A stretch of 64,000 nucleotides of DNA from Candidatus Micrarchaeota archaeon (GTDB taxonomy: Archaea > Micrarchaeota > Micrarchaeia > Anstonellales > Bilamarchaeaceae): contig JBDRCX010000006.1 of the NCBI GenBank assembly GCA_043821365.1, positions 711,417 through 775,416 on the forward strand, read 5' to 3'. The notes beneath the pieces are model-generated. The model saw only the letters and a program-made list of their open reading frames with translations, ran no database searches and was not told the DNA's origin. A program made the position numbers and the translations under genes. Below, one piece after another: positions 27,830 through 36,640 of the stretch (position 1 is its first letter; every line of letters begins with the position of its first letter).

Positions 27830-28234
27830 TCAATCTTCTTGGATAGTTACTGTTCCCTCATTCCCATTAACCTCTACTGTCATACCATCTGTTAATATTT
27901 TGTATAAATCAGTTTCTGGCTTGTCAACCATTGGAATTTTTGATATAATTGCTCCAACAGATATTATTGGTTCTGCTTCAACATTAACTATTGCAGATGG
28001 TGCTTTTTTGTTTTTAGCAAGCTGAAGCATGACATAAGATCCAACTGTTGATCCTTTCCCTCTTGGAAATACTAATACTGTGTCTGCTATACATTTACCT
28101 TGAATGGAATGACCTTCTTCCATGACAATTCCAGTTTCTGGGTCAACTCCTCCTAGAAATGAAATTGGGTCCTTTGATAAAAGCACTTTCCCAGTTGCAG
28201 TTCCTTTAGAAATAGTTCTGCATTTTATTTCCAT
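27830..28234 (-). CDS. Aconitase X swivel-domain protein (DUF126); putative phosphomevalonate dehydratase small subunit
   Basis: GTATGKVLLSKDPISFLGGVDPETG ... FPRGKGSTVGS ... APSAIV. Sits among mevalonate pathway genes. Confidence 0.8.
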   Translation of the reverse strand: MEIKCRTISKGTATGKVLLSKDPISFLGGVDPETGIVMEEGHSIQGKCIADTVLVFPRGKGSTVGSYVMLQLAKNKKAPSAIVNVEAEPIISVGAIISKIPMVDKPETDLYKILTDGMTVEVNGNEGTVTIQED

Positions 28235-28266
28235 AATATCAAATCATATAATTATAAGGGAAAAAA

Positions 28267-29601
28267 TTAATATTCTAAGTACTGTCTAAGCTCCCACTGA
28301 GAAACTTGAGTAAGATACTGCCTCCATTCGTCTTTTTTTGCAGCTACATATACCTCAAATAAATGCTCTCCTAAAACTTCTCTCCCTAGTTTGCTTTCTT
28401 CTAAAAACATAATTGCTTCATGTAAAGATCCAGGTACAATTTTAATTCCATTTTCTGTTCGTCTTTGTTCTCCCATTTCAAATACATTTTCATCAACTGG
28501 TTCTGGTGCATTCAGTTTTCTTTTTACGCCATCAAGTCCTGCGCGTAGCATTGCAGCCAATGCAAAATATGGGTTAAAAGTAGGGTCCGGGACTCGTAAT
28601 TCTACACGTACTGCATTGGCGTTTGAAGTGTGTGGAACCCGAAGTAATGCTGATCTATTTGTCCTTCCCCAGCATGCATTTACAGGAGCTTCATACCCCG
28701 GGACAAGTCTTTTGTACGAATTAACAGTTGGATTTAACAATGCACACAACCATCCGATATGTTCAAGTTGTCCTGCAATAAATTGTCGTGCTGTTTCAGA
28801 AAGACCATGCACTCCGCTTGGATCTGCAAATATATTCCCATCTCCTTTCCATAAACTCTGGTGTACATGGGATCCACTTCCATTTACGCCTGCAATCGGT
28901 TTTGGCATAAAAGTAGCATGATAACCATACTTTGCTGCAATTGCCTTTACCACCATCTTAAATGTCATGGCATTGTCTGCTGTTTGCAAAGCATCTGCAT
29001 ATTTGAAACTTACTTCATGCTGGCTTCCAGCTACTTCTGAATGTATCATTTCTGACTGTATTCCAAATGATGATAATGCAACTGCAATTTCCATCCTCAT
29101 ATTCCATCCAGGACTACCTGCATCATTGCTGAAGTATGTTCCATTTCCAGATGATGCAATAATGGGTTTGCCATCTTCACCTAATTTAAATAAGAAGAAT
29201 TCAAGTTCTGGTCCAGTCTTATATGTAAGTCCTAATCCTTTTGCAACTTCAAGTGCTCTTTTCAGTACGAATCTTGGATCATGTAATGATGGTTGTCCTT
29301 CCATATCATGAACATCACAAATTAATCTTGCAGTCTTTTTTTCTGGGTCAGTTACCCATGGAAGAACTGCGTAGGTACTCTCATCAGGTACAAGTACCAT
29401 ATCGCTTTCACAAATACGTGAGTATCCCTTTACTGACGAGCCATCAAAACCAACACCGCTTTTCAGTGCAACTTCAATTCTGTCAAAAGGTACAAACCCA
29501 GCTCTGGTGCAACCATGTATATCTGAGAATTGTACAGCAACAAATTTTACTCCATCTTTTTTTACTCGTTCTACTAGTGATTGTTTTGTTTGTCTTGTCA
29601 T
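28267..29601 (-). CDS. glnA: Glutamine synthetase type I
   Basis: FDGSSVKGY, GPELEFFLF, MPKPIAGVNGSGSHVH and NSYKRLVPGYEAP signatures. Confidence 0.95.
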   Translation of the reverse strand: MTRQTKQSLVERVKKDGVKFVAVQFSDIHGCTRAGFVPFDRIEVALKSGVGFDGSSVKGYSRICESDMVLVPDESTYAVLPWVTDPEKKTARLICDVHDMEGQPSLHDPRFVLKRALEVAKGLGLTYKTGPELEFFLFKLGEDGKPIIASSGNGTYFSNDAGSPGWNMRMEIAVALSSFGIQSEMIHSEVAGSQHEVSFKYADALQTADNAMTFKMVVKAIAAKYGYHATFMPKPIAGVNGSGSHVHQSLWKGDGNIFADPSGVHGLSETARQFIAGQLEHIGWLCALLNPTVNSYKRLVPGYEAPVNACWGRTNRSALLRVPHTSNANAVRVELRVPDPTFNPYFALAAMLRAGLDGVKRKLNAPEPVDENVFEMGEQRRTENGIKIVPGSLHEAIMFLEESKLGREVLGEHLFEVYVAAKKDEWRQYLTQVSQWELRQYLEY

Positions 29602-29678
29602 CTTCCCGCCTCTTGGTTTTCCACTTTGCTAACAAATAATTATAAATAATTACATGGGTTTTATACCTGGCAATACCA

Positions 29679-30851
29679 TCAAATCAATTCCTCTATATCC
29701 TTAAAAACAACTTTCTGTTTGCACAACCCAGGTAGGTATTTTGCTGCTTTTCCAGAATTAACACCAGTTGTTTTGTAACCAATTGCTTCGATAGGACAAA
29801 CAACCATGCAGGTATCTGCAACTATTCTTCCACCGGCATCTTCTATTTTTTTTGTCAATCCAATAGTATCTGCAATTTTCTTATTTGCTCTGGCAGTACA
29901 AATCCACAATTCTTTTTTCAATTTTTTTCCTTCAACCAATTCTGCCACTTCTTTGATTTCATCTATTGAAGCATGTGGGCATCCAATTGTTATTAAATCA
30001 GCATCTTCACCAGTAATTAGTTTTTCTTTTGCTTCTTTGATATCTTTTTCTTCTATTGTGATTTTCTCAGGTTTGTCACTAATTTTCCATTCTGGTGTGA
30101 TTCCTTGAACATAATAAAGTGCAACAGAGCCGCTTGCTGCCATAGATGCACCTAATGACTTCATCCTATCCTCATTTGCGTCTTTTTTATCTAATCCAGT
30201 AAAAGCCGGAATTTTATTCTTTACAGTTGATCCAACTAGGTTTCCAAGTGCACCATAGTCTGTCATTTTGTTTAGTGGGCATTTTACTTCCACTAAATAT
30301 TCTGCAACTCTATTCTCATCAAGGTGCAATCCATATTCTGGCGTAACTCCGCAAATTGCAGCTGCAAGTGCTGATGGCCCACCTTCCCGGTTTGTCCTTG
30401 CGCCAAGAACTGAATTACAAAAAGAAACTGCACTTGATTCTGCCCATGCAACATGTTCACCAACTTTTGGTCGTATTCCTATGAAATATGGGGTACATGT
30501 GCACGTGTTCATTATTCCCATTTTTGTATAACTTTCCAAGACTTGAATCTGTTTTTTTGCAAAATCTTCTGGAATTCTCATCTCTTTCCATTGTTCAACA
30601 TCCATTCCAGCAGGATTGAGAAATGTTGGAACAGTAACCTTTGCTCCTTTTTTTACTAAGTCATCTAGATATTCCAAACCAGCATTGCCAATTGTTTTGA
30701 ATGATACTCCTGCAATTTGCGCATTTGTTATTTTTATCATTTTTTTAGCATCATAAATCTTTCCAAGTGCAACTAGAATCTCAATTGATTGTTGGTTTGC
30801 TTCCCCCATTTCTCCATTGAACATTTTCTCTTCTTTTTCAGTAAGTTGCAC
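29679..30851 (-). CDS. Aconitase X catalytic-domain protein (DUF521); putative phosphomevalonate dehydratase large subunit
   Basis: MFNGEMGEANQQSIEILVALG ... NAQIAGVS ... TCTPY ... IGCPHAS. Paired with the DUF126 gene two ORFs away. Confidence 0.85.
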   Translation of the reverse strand: MQLTEKEEKMFNGEMGEANQQSIEILVALGKIYDAKKMIKITNAQIAGVSFKTIGNAGLEYLDDLVKKGAKVTVPTFLNPAGMDVEQWKEMRIPEDFAKKQIQVLESYTKMGIMNTCTCTPYFIGIRPKVGEHVAWAESSAVSFCNSVLGARTNREGGPSALAAAICGVTPEYGLHLDENRVAEYLVEVKCPLNKMTDYGALGNLVGSTVKNKIPAFTGLDKKDANEDRMKSLGASMAASGSVALYYVQGITPEWKISDKPEKITIEEKDIKEAKEKLITGEDADLITIGCPHASIDEIKEVAELVEGKKLKKELWICTARANKKIADTIGLTKKIEDAGGRIVADTCMVVCPIEAIGYKTTGVNSGKAAKYLPGLCKQKVVFKDIEELI

Positions 30852-30860
30852 TAAACCACC

Positions 30861-32180
30861 TCACAAATACTCCATCAGATCAATTTTTTTCCATTGTGCT
30901 TTTGTGAAGTTTTTTCCCTTTAAAGAACTACTGTTATCGACATGCTGAATCAATGGTTTTGTTGCATCAACTCCCATCTTTGAAGTTTCATATGTATGTG
31001 AATCAGCACTTGGATCTAAAGATGATCCTTTTTGATTTGTTTTTATCACCACATCTTTGTCTGCCTGTACTCTTGTTGCTATTGCCCATTCAACTTCCAT
31101 TGAATTATCAATATCTATATCCTCATCAACAATCACTACATGCTTCAATGATTTGTGTCCTGCAAAAGCAGCTTCAATTGCTTTTTTGCCATCATCTTCA
31201 TTTTTCTTTTTAATAGAAACAACTGCATGAAGCCAAGAACATCCACCTGGAGTGATATTCACCCCGTTGCATTCACATACTTTATTCACTTCTGTGAAAA
31301 TGGTTGGTTCTCTTGGCATTCCCATCAGTATTTTATGTTCTAATCCGCCTGGCGGTAATACATGCCAAAGAGCATCATTTCTATGGTACATTTTTGTGAT
31401 TTTCATAACCTGTTGTTTCCTTACAACGTCATAAGTCTCTGTTAAATCTACAAATGGTCCTTCATCATGAAGCTCTTTTGTTATTTTTCCTTCAAATGCA
31501 AATTCAGCGTCTGCAGGTACTTCAATTCCATTGCTTAATTTCACTGTCTTGACCGGCATCAAAGTGTTTGCAAATTCAAGTTCATCTTGGCCAACTTGTA
31601 CTGACATTGCAGCAGAAAGCAAAACATTTATTGGTGCTCCAACAACAAAAGCAACGTCAAGTTCTCCGCCAGCCCTGTTTATGAATTCCTGAAGATGCCT
31701 GTTTAATATTCTCACTACAACCTTATCTTTGTCAATAACCATCATCCTGTGAAAAGATAGGTTCCTCCCATATTCTTTGTCTTTTGAAATTACAATTGCA
31801 GATGAAAGATATGGCCCTCCATCTTTTTCAAAATGCAATGGAATTGGTAATTTGCCTAGATCAATATCAGTTGTACTATTCTCAAGAACAGGGCCACTCT
31901 CTACTAAAGTTGGTTTTGTTGGATTCTTTATCGCATGAACGAGTTTTGGTATCAGCTCTTCTTTTTTAACTCCAAGATACTCACAAACAAGATCCTTTGT
32001 TGAAAAAACATTTCCAACTGCTTTGAAATCTGATCCTTTTATTTCTGGTGCATAAACAATATTTCCATCAATAGAATACATTAAACCTGCCAAATCAAGA
32101 TTTTTTGATATTGGTTTTTTGATTTCTTTTACTTTTCCCTGTTTTCTTAATCTTTCAATAAATTCACGAAAAGAAAGCAT
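30861..32180 (-). CDS. UbiD-family decarboxylase; putative trans-anhydromevalonate-phosphate decarboxylase
   Basis: The 439-aa sequence reads as a UbiD-type decarboxylase by eye (N-terminus FREFIERLRKQGKVKEI, central HRMMV). In a cluster with UbiX, AcnX and IPK. Confidence 0.8.
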   Translation of the reverse strand: MLSFREFIERLRKQGKVKEIKKPISKNLDLAGLMYSIDGNIVYAPEIKGSDFKAVGNVFSTKDLVCEYLGVKKEELIPKLVHAIKNPTKPTLVESGPVLENSTTDIDLGKLPIPLHFEKDGGPYLSSAIVISKDKEYGRNLSFHRMMVIDKDKVVVRILNRHLQEFINRAGGELDVAFVVGAPINVLLSAAMSVQVGQDELEFANTLMPVKTVKLSNGIEVPADAEFAFEGKITKELHDEGPFVDLTETYDVVRKQQVMKITKMYHRNDALWHVLPPGGLEHKILMGMPREPTIFTEVNKVCECNGVNITPGGCSWLHAVVSIKKKNEDDGKKAIEAAFAGHKSLKHVVIVDEDIDIDNSMEVEWAIATRVQADKDVVIKTNQKGSSLDPSADSHTYETSKMGVDATKPLIQHVDNSSSLKGKNFTKAQWKKIDLMEYL

Positions 32181-32243
32181 TATTTCACCGATACTAATTC
32201 TTCTGGAGGATTTAAAATTAGTAGTAGTTGGTTGCGGTAAAAA

Positions 32244-33368
32244 TTATACAAGATTTTCAAAATCCAATGCATATACCCTTTTTGAACCATCTTTAAGGCT
32301 TGTTTGAATGTAAATCGATCCCTCTGCTCTTATATCAAAAGCCTTGACACCATGTTCTGCCATAATTTTATTTAATAGTTGTATATCATCCTGGTATTCT
32401 CCATGCAATTCTGGTGGAATTAATCTTACATTGCATTGAATACAAAGTAAACGTGCATTTCCACCCTTTGTTATATCAGTCATTACAATTCCGGCATCTT
32501 CCACTCCACCAAAAACTGCAAAAACATCAGGGATATGCAAGACTTTTCTTGGTTGGTTGCGTGCAATTTCATAAAGTTCAGCTTCTTTTTTCATAATAGT
32601 TAAAAATGCAGCAGCATTTCCCCCTCTAGCATCTTCCATCCCTATTAGCATCACTGCATTTTTGCCATCATATTGTACTCTATATGCATATCTCTTCTTT
32701 CCATGATCAATATATTGTGCAGTTCCTAAATCAATTTTTGATCTTACTTCATCTGGTAAGGTATCTAAAAATTCTCTTAATCTTGTATGTGCCATCTGAT
32801 TTGTTGCATCTATACTTCTAAGAAGATCACAAGTTGCGTCTGAAAGTTTTATTGTTTGCCTTCCATCAAAATCTGTGTTCAATGCAAAAGTAAATGTAAA
32901 TTGTTTTCTAATATGTTCAGTTCTAATTGCTTTTGTGACCACTGTTTCATCCAAGAAATCCTCTAATAATGAAAAAATAACTTGTCTTCTTAAGTTTTCA
33001 ATCGCAGAATTTGGGTCAATGCCGGTAGGATGAAGTAGTAACAATAATCTGCATTTGGTTGGAAGGTCATCTTTTTCTATTTTTCCTTTCATTTCTGCAT
33101 GAGTTCTGTAGAGCATGGTTTCTTCTGCTATTTTATTTCCATTCCCATAATTTGCAGCTTCGAGTCGTGTTAATTGACTTACAAAAGAACCAGCAATGTT
33201 GGCCCTTTCTGGTAACAGAGAAGTTTCTCTTGTTTTCTCCTCACCTTTCTCATGTGGTCTTTTTCCAATCAAATGATCATAAGGGTCAGTTGCAGCAGAA
33301 CGAAAATTTGGTCTAGTAATTTCATTAGTACTTGGTCTACATGTACTTGTTTTTTGCTTCCTGACCAT
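32244..33368 (-). CDS. Hypothetical protein with a C-terminal protein-kinase-like region (degenerate catalytic loop)
   Basis: C-terminal ~140 aa: YAYRVQYDGKNAVMLIG ... KKEAELYEIA ... GIVMTDI ... AFDIRAEGSIYIQ (compare HRDLKPENIL, with Asn replaced by Gly) ... VYALDFENL (compare the DFG motif). The N-terminal ~230 aa are unrecognised. Confidence 0.5.
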   Translation of the reverse strand: MVRKQKTSTCRPSTNEITRPNFRSAATDPYDHLIGKRPHEKGEEKTRETSLLPERANIAGSFVSQLTRLEAANYGNGNKIAEETMLYRTHAEMKGKIEKDDLPTKCRLLLLLHPTGIDPNSAIENLRRQVIFSLLEDFLDETVVTKAIRTEHIRKQFTFTFALNTDFDGRQTIKLSDATCDLLRSIDATNQMAHTRLREFLDTLPDEVRSKIDLGTAQYIDHGKKRYAYRVQYDGKNAVMLIGMEDARGGNAAAFLTIMKKEAELYEIARNQPRKVLHIPDVFAVFGGVEDAGIVMTDITKGGNARLLCIQCNVRLIPPELHGEYQDDIQLLNKIMAEHGVKAFDIRAEGSIYIQTSLKDGSKRVYALDFENLV

Positions 33369-33405
33369 AAAAATAATGTGTAAGTATATGTTTAAATATA
33401 GATAT

Positions 33406-33942
33406 TTATTGGCTCCCCCAACGTTTTCCTATTTCGTTTTTGATTCCAACCTGATCTAAAATTCGTGCAACAACAAAATCAATCATATCATCTATTGTTT
33501 TTGGTTTTCCATAAAATCCAGGGGTTGCAGGTAATACAATCCCACCTGCCAATGTAACCAATTCCATATTTTTTATTGTAATAAGAGAATATGGGGTTTC
33601 TCTAACAACTAAAATTAATTTTTTCCTTTCCTTCAACACAACTTCAGCTGCCCTTGTGATTAATGCATCTCCAACTCCATTTGAAATTTCACCTAAGCTT
33701 TTCAATGAACACGGGACAACAATCATTGCATCTGGTGGATTTGAGCCTGAAGCATATGGGCAAGAAAAATCAATTTCTTCATAGTCTGCTTTAGGTAAGT
33801 TTACACCTTCAGCATCTGCAACTTTTTTTGCCCCTGAACTAACAATCACTTTAATATCCTGCTTCATTTCTTTTAGTGTTTGGACTAGTTTCACTCCATA
33901 TTGCAGTCCAGATGCACCAGTGATGGCAACTAAAATTCGCAT
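33406..33942 (-). CDS. ubiX: Flavin prenyltransferase UbiX
   Basis: MRILVAITGASGLQYG ... VVPCSLKSLGEISNG ... RETP. The ORF track start at 33975 adds 11 aa and is unlikely. Confidence 0.9.
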   Translation of the reverse strand: MRILVAITGASGLQYGVKLVQTLKEMKQDIKVIVSSGAKKVADAEGVNLPKADYEEIDFSCPYASGSNPPDAMIVVPCSLKSLGEISNGVGDALITRAAEVVLKERKKLILVVRETPYSLITIKNMELVTLAGGIVLPATPGFYGKPKTIDDMIDFVVARILDQVGIKNEIGKRWGSQ

Positions 33943-34003
33943 AATCCTATTCAGTGCCAATAGAATTTTAAACAATCTATGTTATTAGAAATTTGGTGAA
34001 TTT

Positions 34004-34138
34004 ATGTCTCAAAGTTGTAGAAGATGCGGAAGTGGTTCTAAACCAGTTATCAAAATGATTGGGAATGGTGCAAGTGGCATCTCATCAAGTGACGAATCAT
34101 GGGTTTGCACTGCGTGTTTCAGGAGTTATTATCTCTGA
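34004..34138 (+). CDS. 44-aa CxxC...CxxC zinc-ribbon protein (candidate)
   Basis: Manual translation: MSQSCRRCGSGSKPVIKMIGNGASGISSSDESWVCTACFRSYYL. GGTGA lies 3 nt upstream of the ATG. Below the ORF-track cutoff. Confidence 0.45.
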   Translation: MSQSCRRCGSGSKPVIKMIGNGASGISSSDESWVCTACFRSYYL

Positions 34139-34512
34139 AATTCTTCTATTTTTTTCCCAAGACTAACTGCCGTTTCCCAATTTATTGCAAAAGATTTATT
34201 GTTTTCTTTAAATATCCCCAAAGGCAAGAAAATCCATGGTTTTCTACTTCTTCTCCAGCCAACATAGCAGGTTATTCCACTGATTTCTTCCCATTTTTTT
34301 AAGTTTAAGAACTGGTCTCTGTCAATGTTTAGATTTTCTTTTTCCCAGGCCTTTGCTTCTATACCAATCTGTACCCCTCTTCTGAAAACAAGAATATCTG
34401 GACTAAGTGAATTGACTCCACTCCCAGCAGCTCGTATTACACAAAATTCTTTAGTTGAAAAATAGTCAATAAGTTCGCGTTCAGCACGGGAACCTTTACG
34501 ATAGGTAAGCAT
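34129..34512 (-). CDS. hjc: Holliday junction resolvase Hjc
   Basis: RKGSRAERELIDYF ... VIRAAGSG ... PDILVFR ... IEAKA is the archaeal Hjc catalytic pattern. Confidence 0.85.
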   Translation of the reverse strand: MLTYRKGSRAERELIDYFSTKEFCVIRAAGSGVNSLSPDILVFRRGVQIGIEAKAWEKENLNIDRDQFLNLKKWEEISGITCYVGWRRSRKPWIFLPLGIFKENNKSFAINWETAVSLGKKIEEFQR

Positions 34513-34546
34513 GATCTATTTACTTTTAGTTACTTTAAATAGTTGT

Positions 34547-35005
34547 TTACTCCATTAAAGGTTCGACTGCACATTCTCTTTGAAGGGCTTCTGTTACTTT
34601 GTTTTTCACTACTTGACTATCAAATGGCTTCATGATGACGTCAATTGCACCTTCATTCATAACCTTTCTAACCTCTTCTGCACCAATACCACCACTTATA
34701 AAAATTACTTTTTGGGTCGGATTAAGCTTTTTCAATTCTCTCAAGAATTGAACCCCATCCATTCCTGGCATATGAAAATCACTAATAACAAGATCAAAAC
34801 CACCTTTTCTGTAAATATCTAAGGCTTCAGTACGCGTAAGTGCTGTTACCACTTCGCGATCGTCCTTCCTAATTAGTCTTTCATTCATCCTTAGTATCGC
34901 TGGTTCATCATCTACAACTAATATTCTATGTCTTTTTTGAGTTGGTCCTGATCCATCTCTCCTATTTGACGGTCCACCAGCTCTTGGTATTTGTGCAATT
35001 GTCAT
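34547..35005 (-). CDS. Stand-alone CheY-like receiver domain protein
   Basis: ILVVDDEP ... DLVISDFHMPGMDG ... VIFISG ... KPF. Has a disordered Arg/Gly-rich N-terminus, no output domain, and no histidine kinase in the window. Confidence 0.85.
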   Translation of the reverse strand: MTIAQIPRAGGPSNRRDGSGPTQKRHRILVVDDEPAILRMNERLIRKDDREVVTALTRTEALDIYRKGGFDLVISDFHMPGMDGVQFLRELKKLNPTQKVIFISGGIGAEEVRKVMNEGAIDVIMKPFDSQVVKNKVTEALQRECAVEPLME

Positions 35006-35035
35006 AATTTATATATTTCTACAACAGGTTAAAAC

Positions 35036-35791
35036 TTACATCTCTGGTGCTTCCATCATGGCGCGTATCAAACTCCTAGCTGCTTCCTGAAGATTCAGTT
35101 CTCCACCTTTGATGTACCATCTTCTTCTTTCTGCTATTTTTTCTAAAACTCCTTGGGAATCAGAAACATTTTCTAAAGAAATATCATATTTTTCTTCAAG
35201 CCATTTTTTTAGTTCATTAGATTTGAGTATTTTTTCTGCAAAATCATAAGCATAAAGATCCTCATTTCCCTGAACATTCAGTGCACCCTTTCTTACAAGT
35301 TCATTTTTTTTCTCATACTTTGGAAAAATTCCCCTATAATCAGTAATACTAAGTTCTGGGGTGATATTTATCCACTGGAGATTTTTTGTTGTGCCTGCAA
35401 CTGCAGAAACCTTTGCTGCTTTTCGTTGTGCAAGCATGTTTACTAATGTGCTTTTTCCTACATTTGGATAGCCAACTAATATTGCTCTAACTGGCCTTTT
35501 GCTTGTTCTTGATAAAATTGCCTTGATTATTCTACTTCGTTCATCTGTATCCTTTGCCGATATAAAGATTCCTTTATTTTCTAATTTTGGCAATTCCATA
35601 TCTTTTGGAAGAAGATCTGATTTGTTTGCAACTAATAGCAATCGTTTTGACCCAGCCCATTTTTCTGCCAAGGTTAAACGGGTGCCTTTTATGTCTCTTG
35701 CATCAACAACTTCAATAATAACATCTGCACTATGGATCATGTTTTTCAAAAATGACCAAGGATTCATGTTCCCTTTTTCTCTTCCCTTCAT
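35036..35791 (-). CDS. Circularly permuted GTPase (YlqF/RbgA-like ribosome biogenesis GTPase)
   Basis: G4 (ANKSD) precedes G1 (GYPNVGKST) and DYRG, which is the permuted motif order. Confidence 0.8.
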   Translation of the reverse strand: MKGREKGNMNPWSFLKNMIHSADVIIEVVDARDIKGTRLTLAEKWAGSKRLLLVANKSDLLPKDMELPKLENKGIFISAKDTDERSRIIKAILSRTSKRPVRAILVGYPNVGKSTLVNMLAQRKAAKVSAVAGTTKNLQWINITPELSITDYRGIFPKYEKKNELVRKGALNVQGNEDLYAYDFAEKILKSNELKKWLEEKYDISLENVSDSQGVLEKIAERRRWYIKGGELNLQEAARSLIRAMMEAPEM

Positions 35792-35843
35792 GTATTGATC
35801 TTAACTAATTGGTTTAATAAGTATTTTTAGTAAAAGGAAAAAT

Positions 35844-36599
35844 ATGCTTGAACATACTTTTATCCATCTCCCAAATTTTGGTCCGAGGCGTGAACGTAGA
35901 CTTTGGAGTAGTGGGATATCAGATTGGGATGATTTTCTCGATAATTTTGGTTCATCTAAATTCCACAAAATGTTCTGTTCGAAACTTGCAAGTTCTAAAC
36001 ACGCTCTTAATGTTGGTGATGCAGAATATTTTGCAAATGCGTTGCCTTCAAATGAAGCCTGGCGTTCTTTCCCCCATTTCAAAAAAACAGTATATCTTGA
36101 CATTGAAACTACTGGACTTGGAAAAAACAGTGACTATGTAACAGTTATTGGTTTATTTGATGGCAAAGAGGTCAAAAGCTATGTTCATGGTCAGAATCTT
36201 AATGATTTTAGGGGGGATATACGCAACTATGATTCAGTGGTGACTTTCAACGGTTCAATTTTTGATCTTCCATTTATACGTAAAAGTATGCCAGGGATAA
36301 AACTTCCAAAATTACATGTTGATTTACGTTTTACTCTTGCATCTATCGGAGTTCGTGGCGGTCTTAAAAAAATAGAAACTCAGTTTGGCTATGAAAGAGA
36401 GGATGATCTCAAAGGATTGAATGGTTATGATGCTGTCTTACTTTGGCAAGCATACAAAAAGAGAAATGACAAACACGCTCTTGATAAGCTTATTCGCTAT
36501 AATGCAGCTGATATCTCCAATCTGAAAAAACTAATGGAATGGGCCTATAAGGAAAAGAGAATAAGAACAGGGTTTGATGAATTAAGACAAACAAATTAG
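35844..36599 (+). CDS. RNase H-like (YprB/DEDD-type) exonuclease-domain protein
   Basis: VYLDIETTGL ... TFNGSIFDLPF ... YNAADI. Confidence 0.7.
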   Translation: MLEHTFIHLPNFGPRRERRLWSSGISDWDDFLDNFGSSKFHKMFCSKLASSKHALNVGDAEYFANALPSNEAWRSFPHFKKTVYLDIETTGLGKNSDYVTVIGLFDGKEVKSYVHGQNLNDFRGDIRNYDSVVTFNGSIFDLPFIRKSMPGIKLPKLHVDLRFTLASIGVRGGLKKIETQFGYEREDDLKGLNGYDAVLLWQAYKKRNDKHALDKLIRYNAADISNLKKLMEWAYKEKRIRTGFDELRQTN

Positions 36600-36640
36600 A
36601 CTATAGTTAGGTTTTAATATTTATAAATAGAATTTGCACC

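Noticed and set aside
35801-36141. ORFs 35801-36103 (-) and 35848-36141 (+)
   Set aside because: They overlap the better-supported 251-aa exonuclease-domain ORF (35844-36599), which carries the DIETTGL motif.
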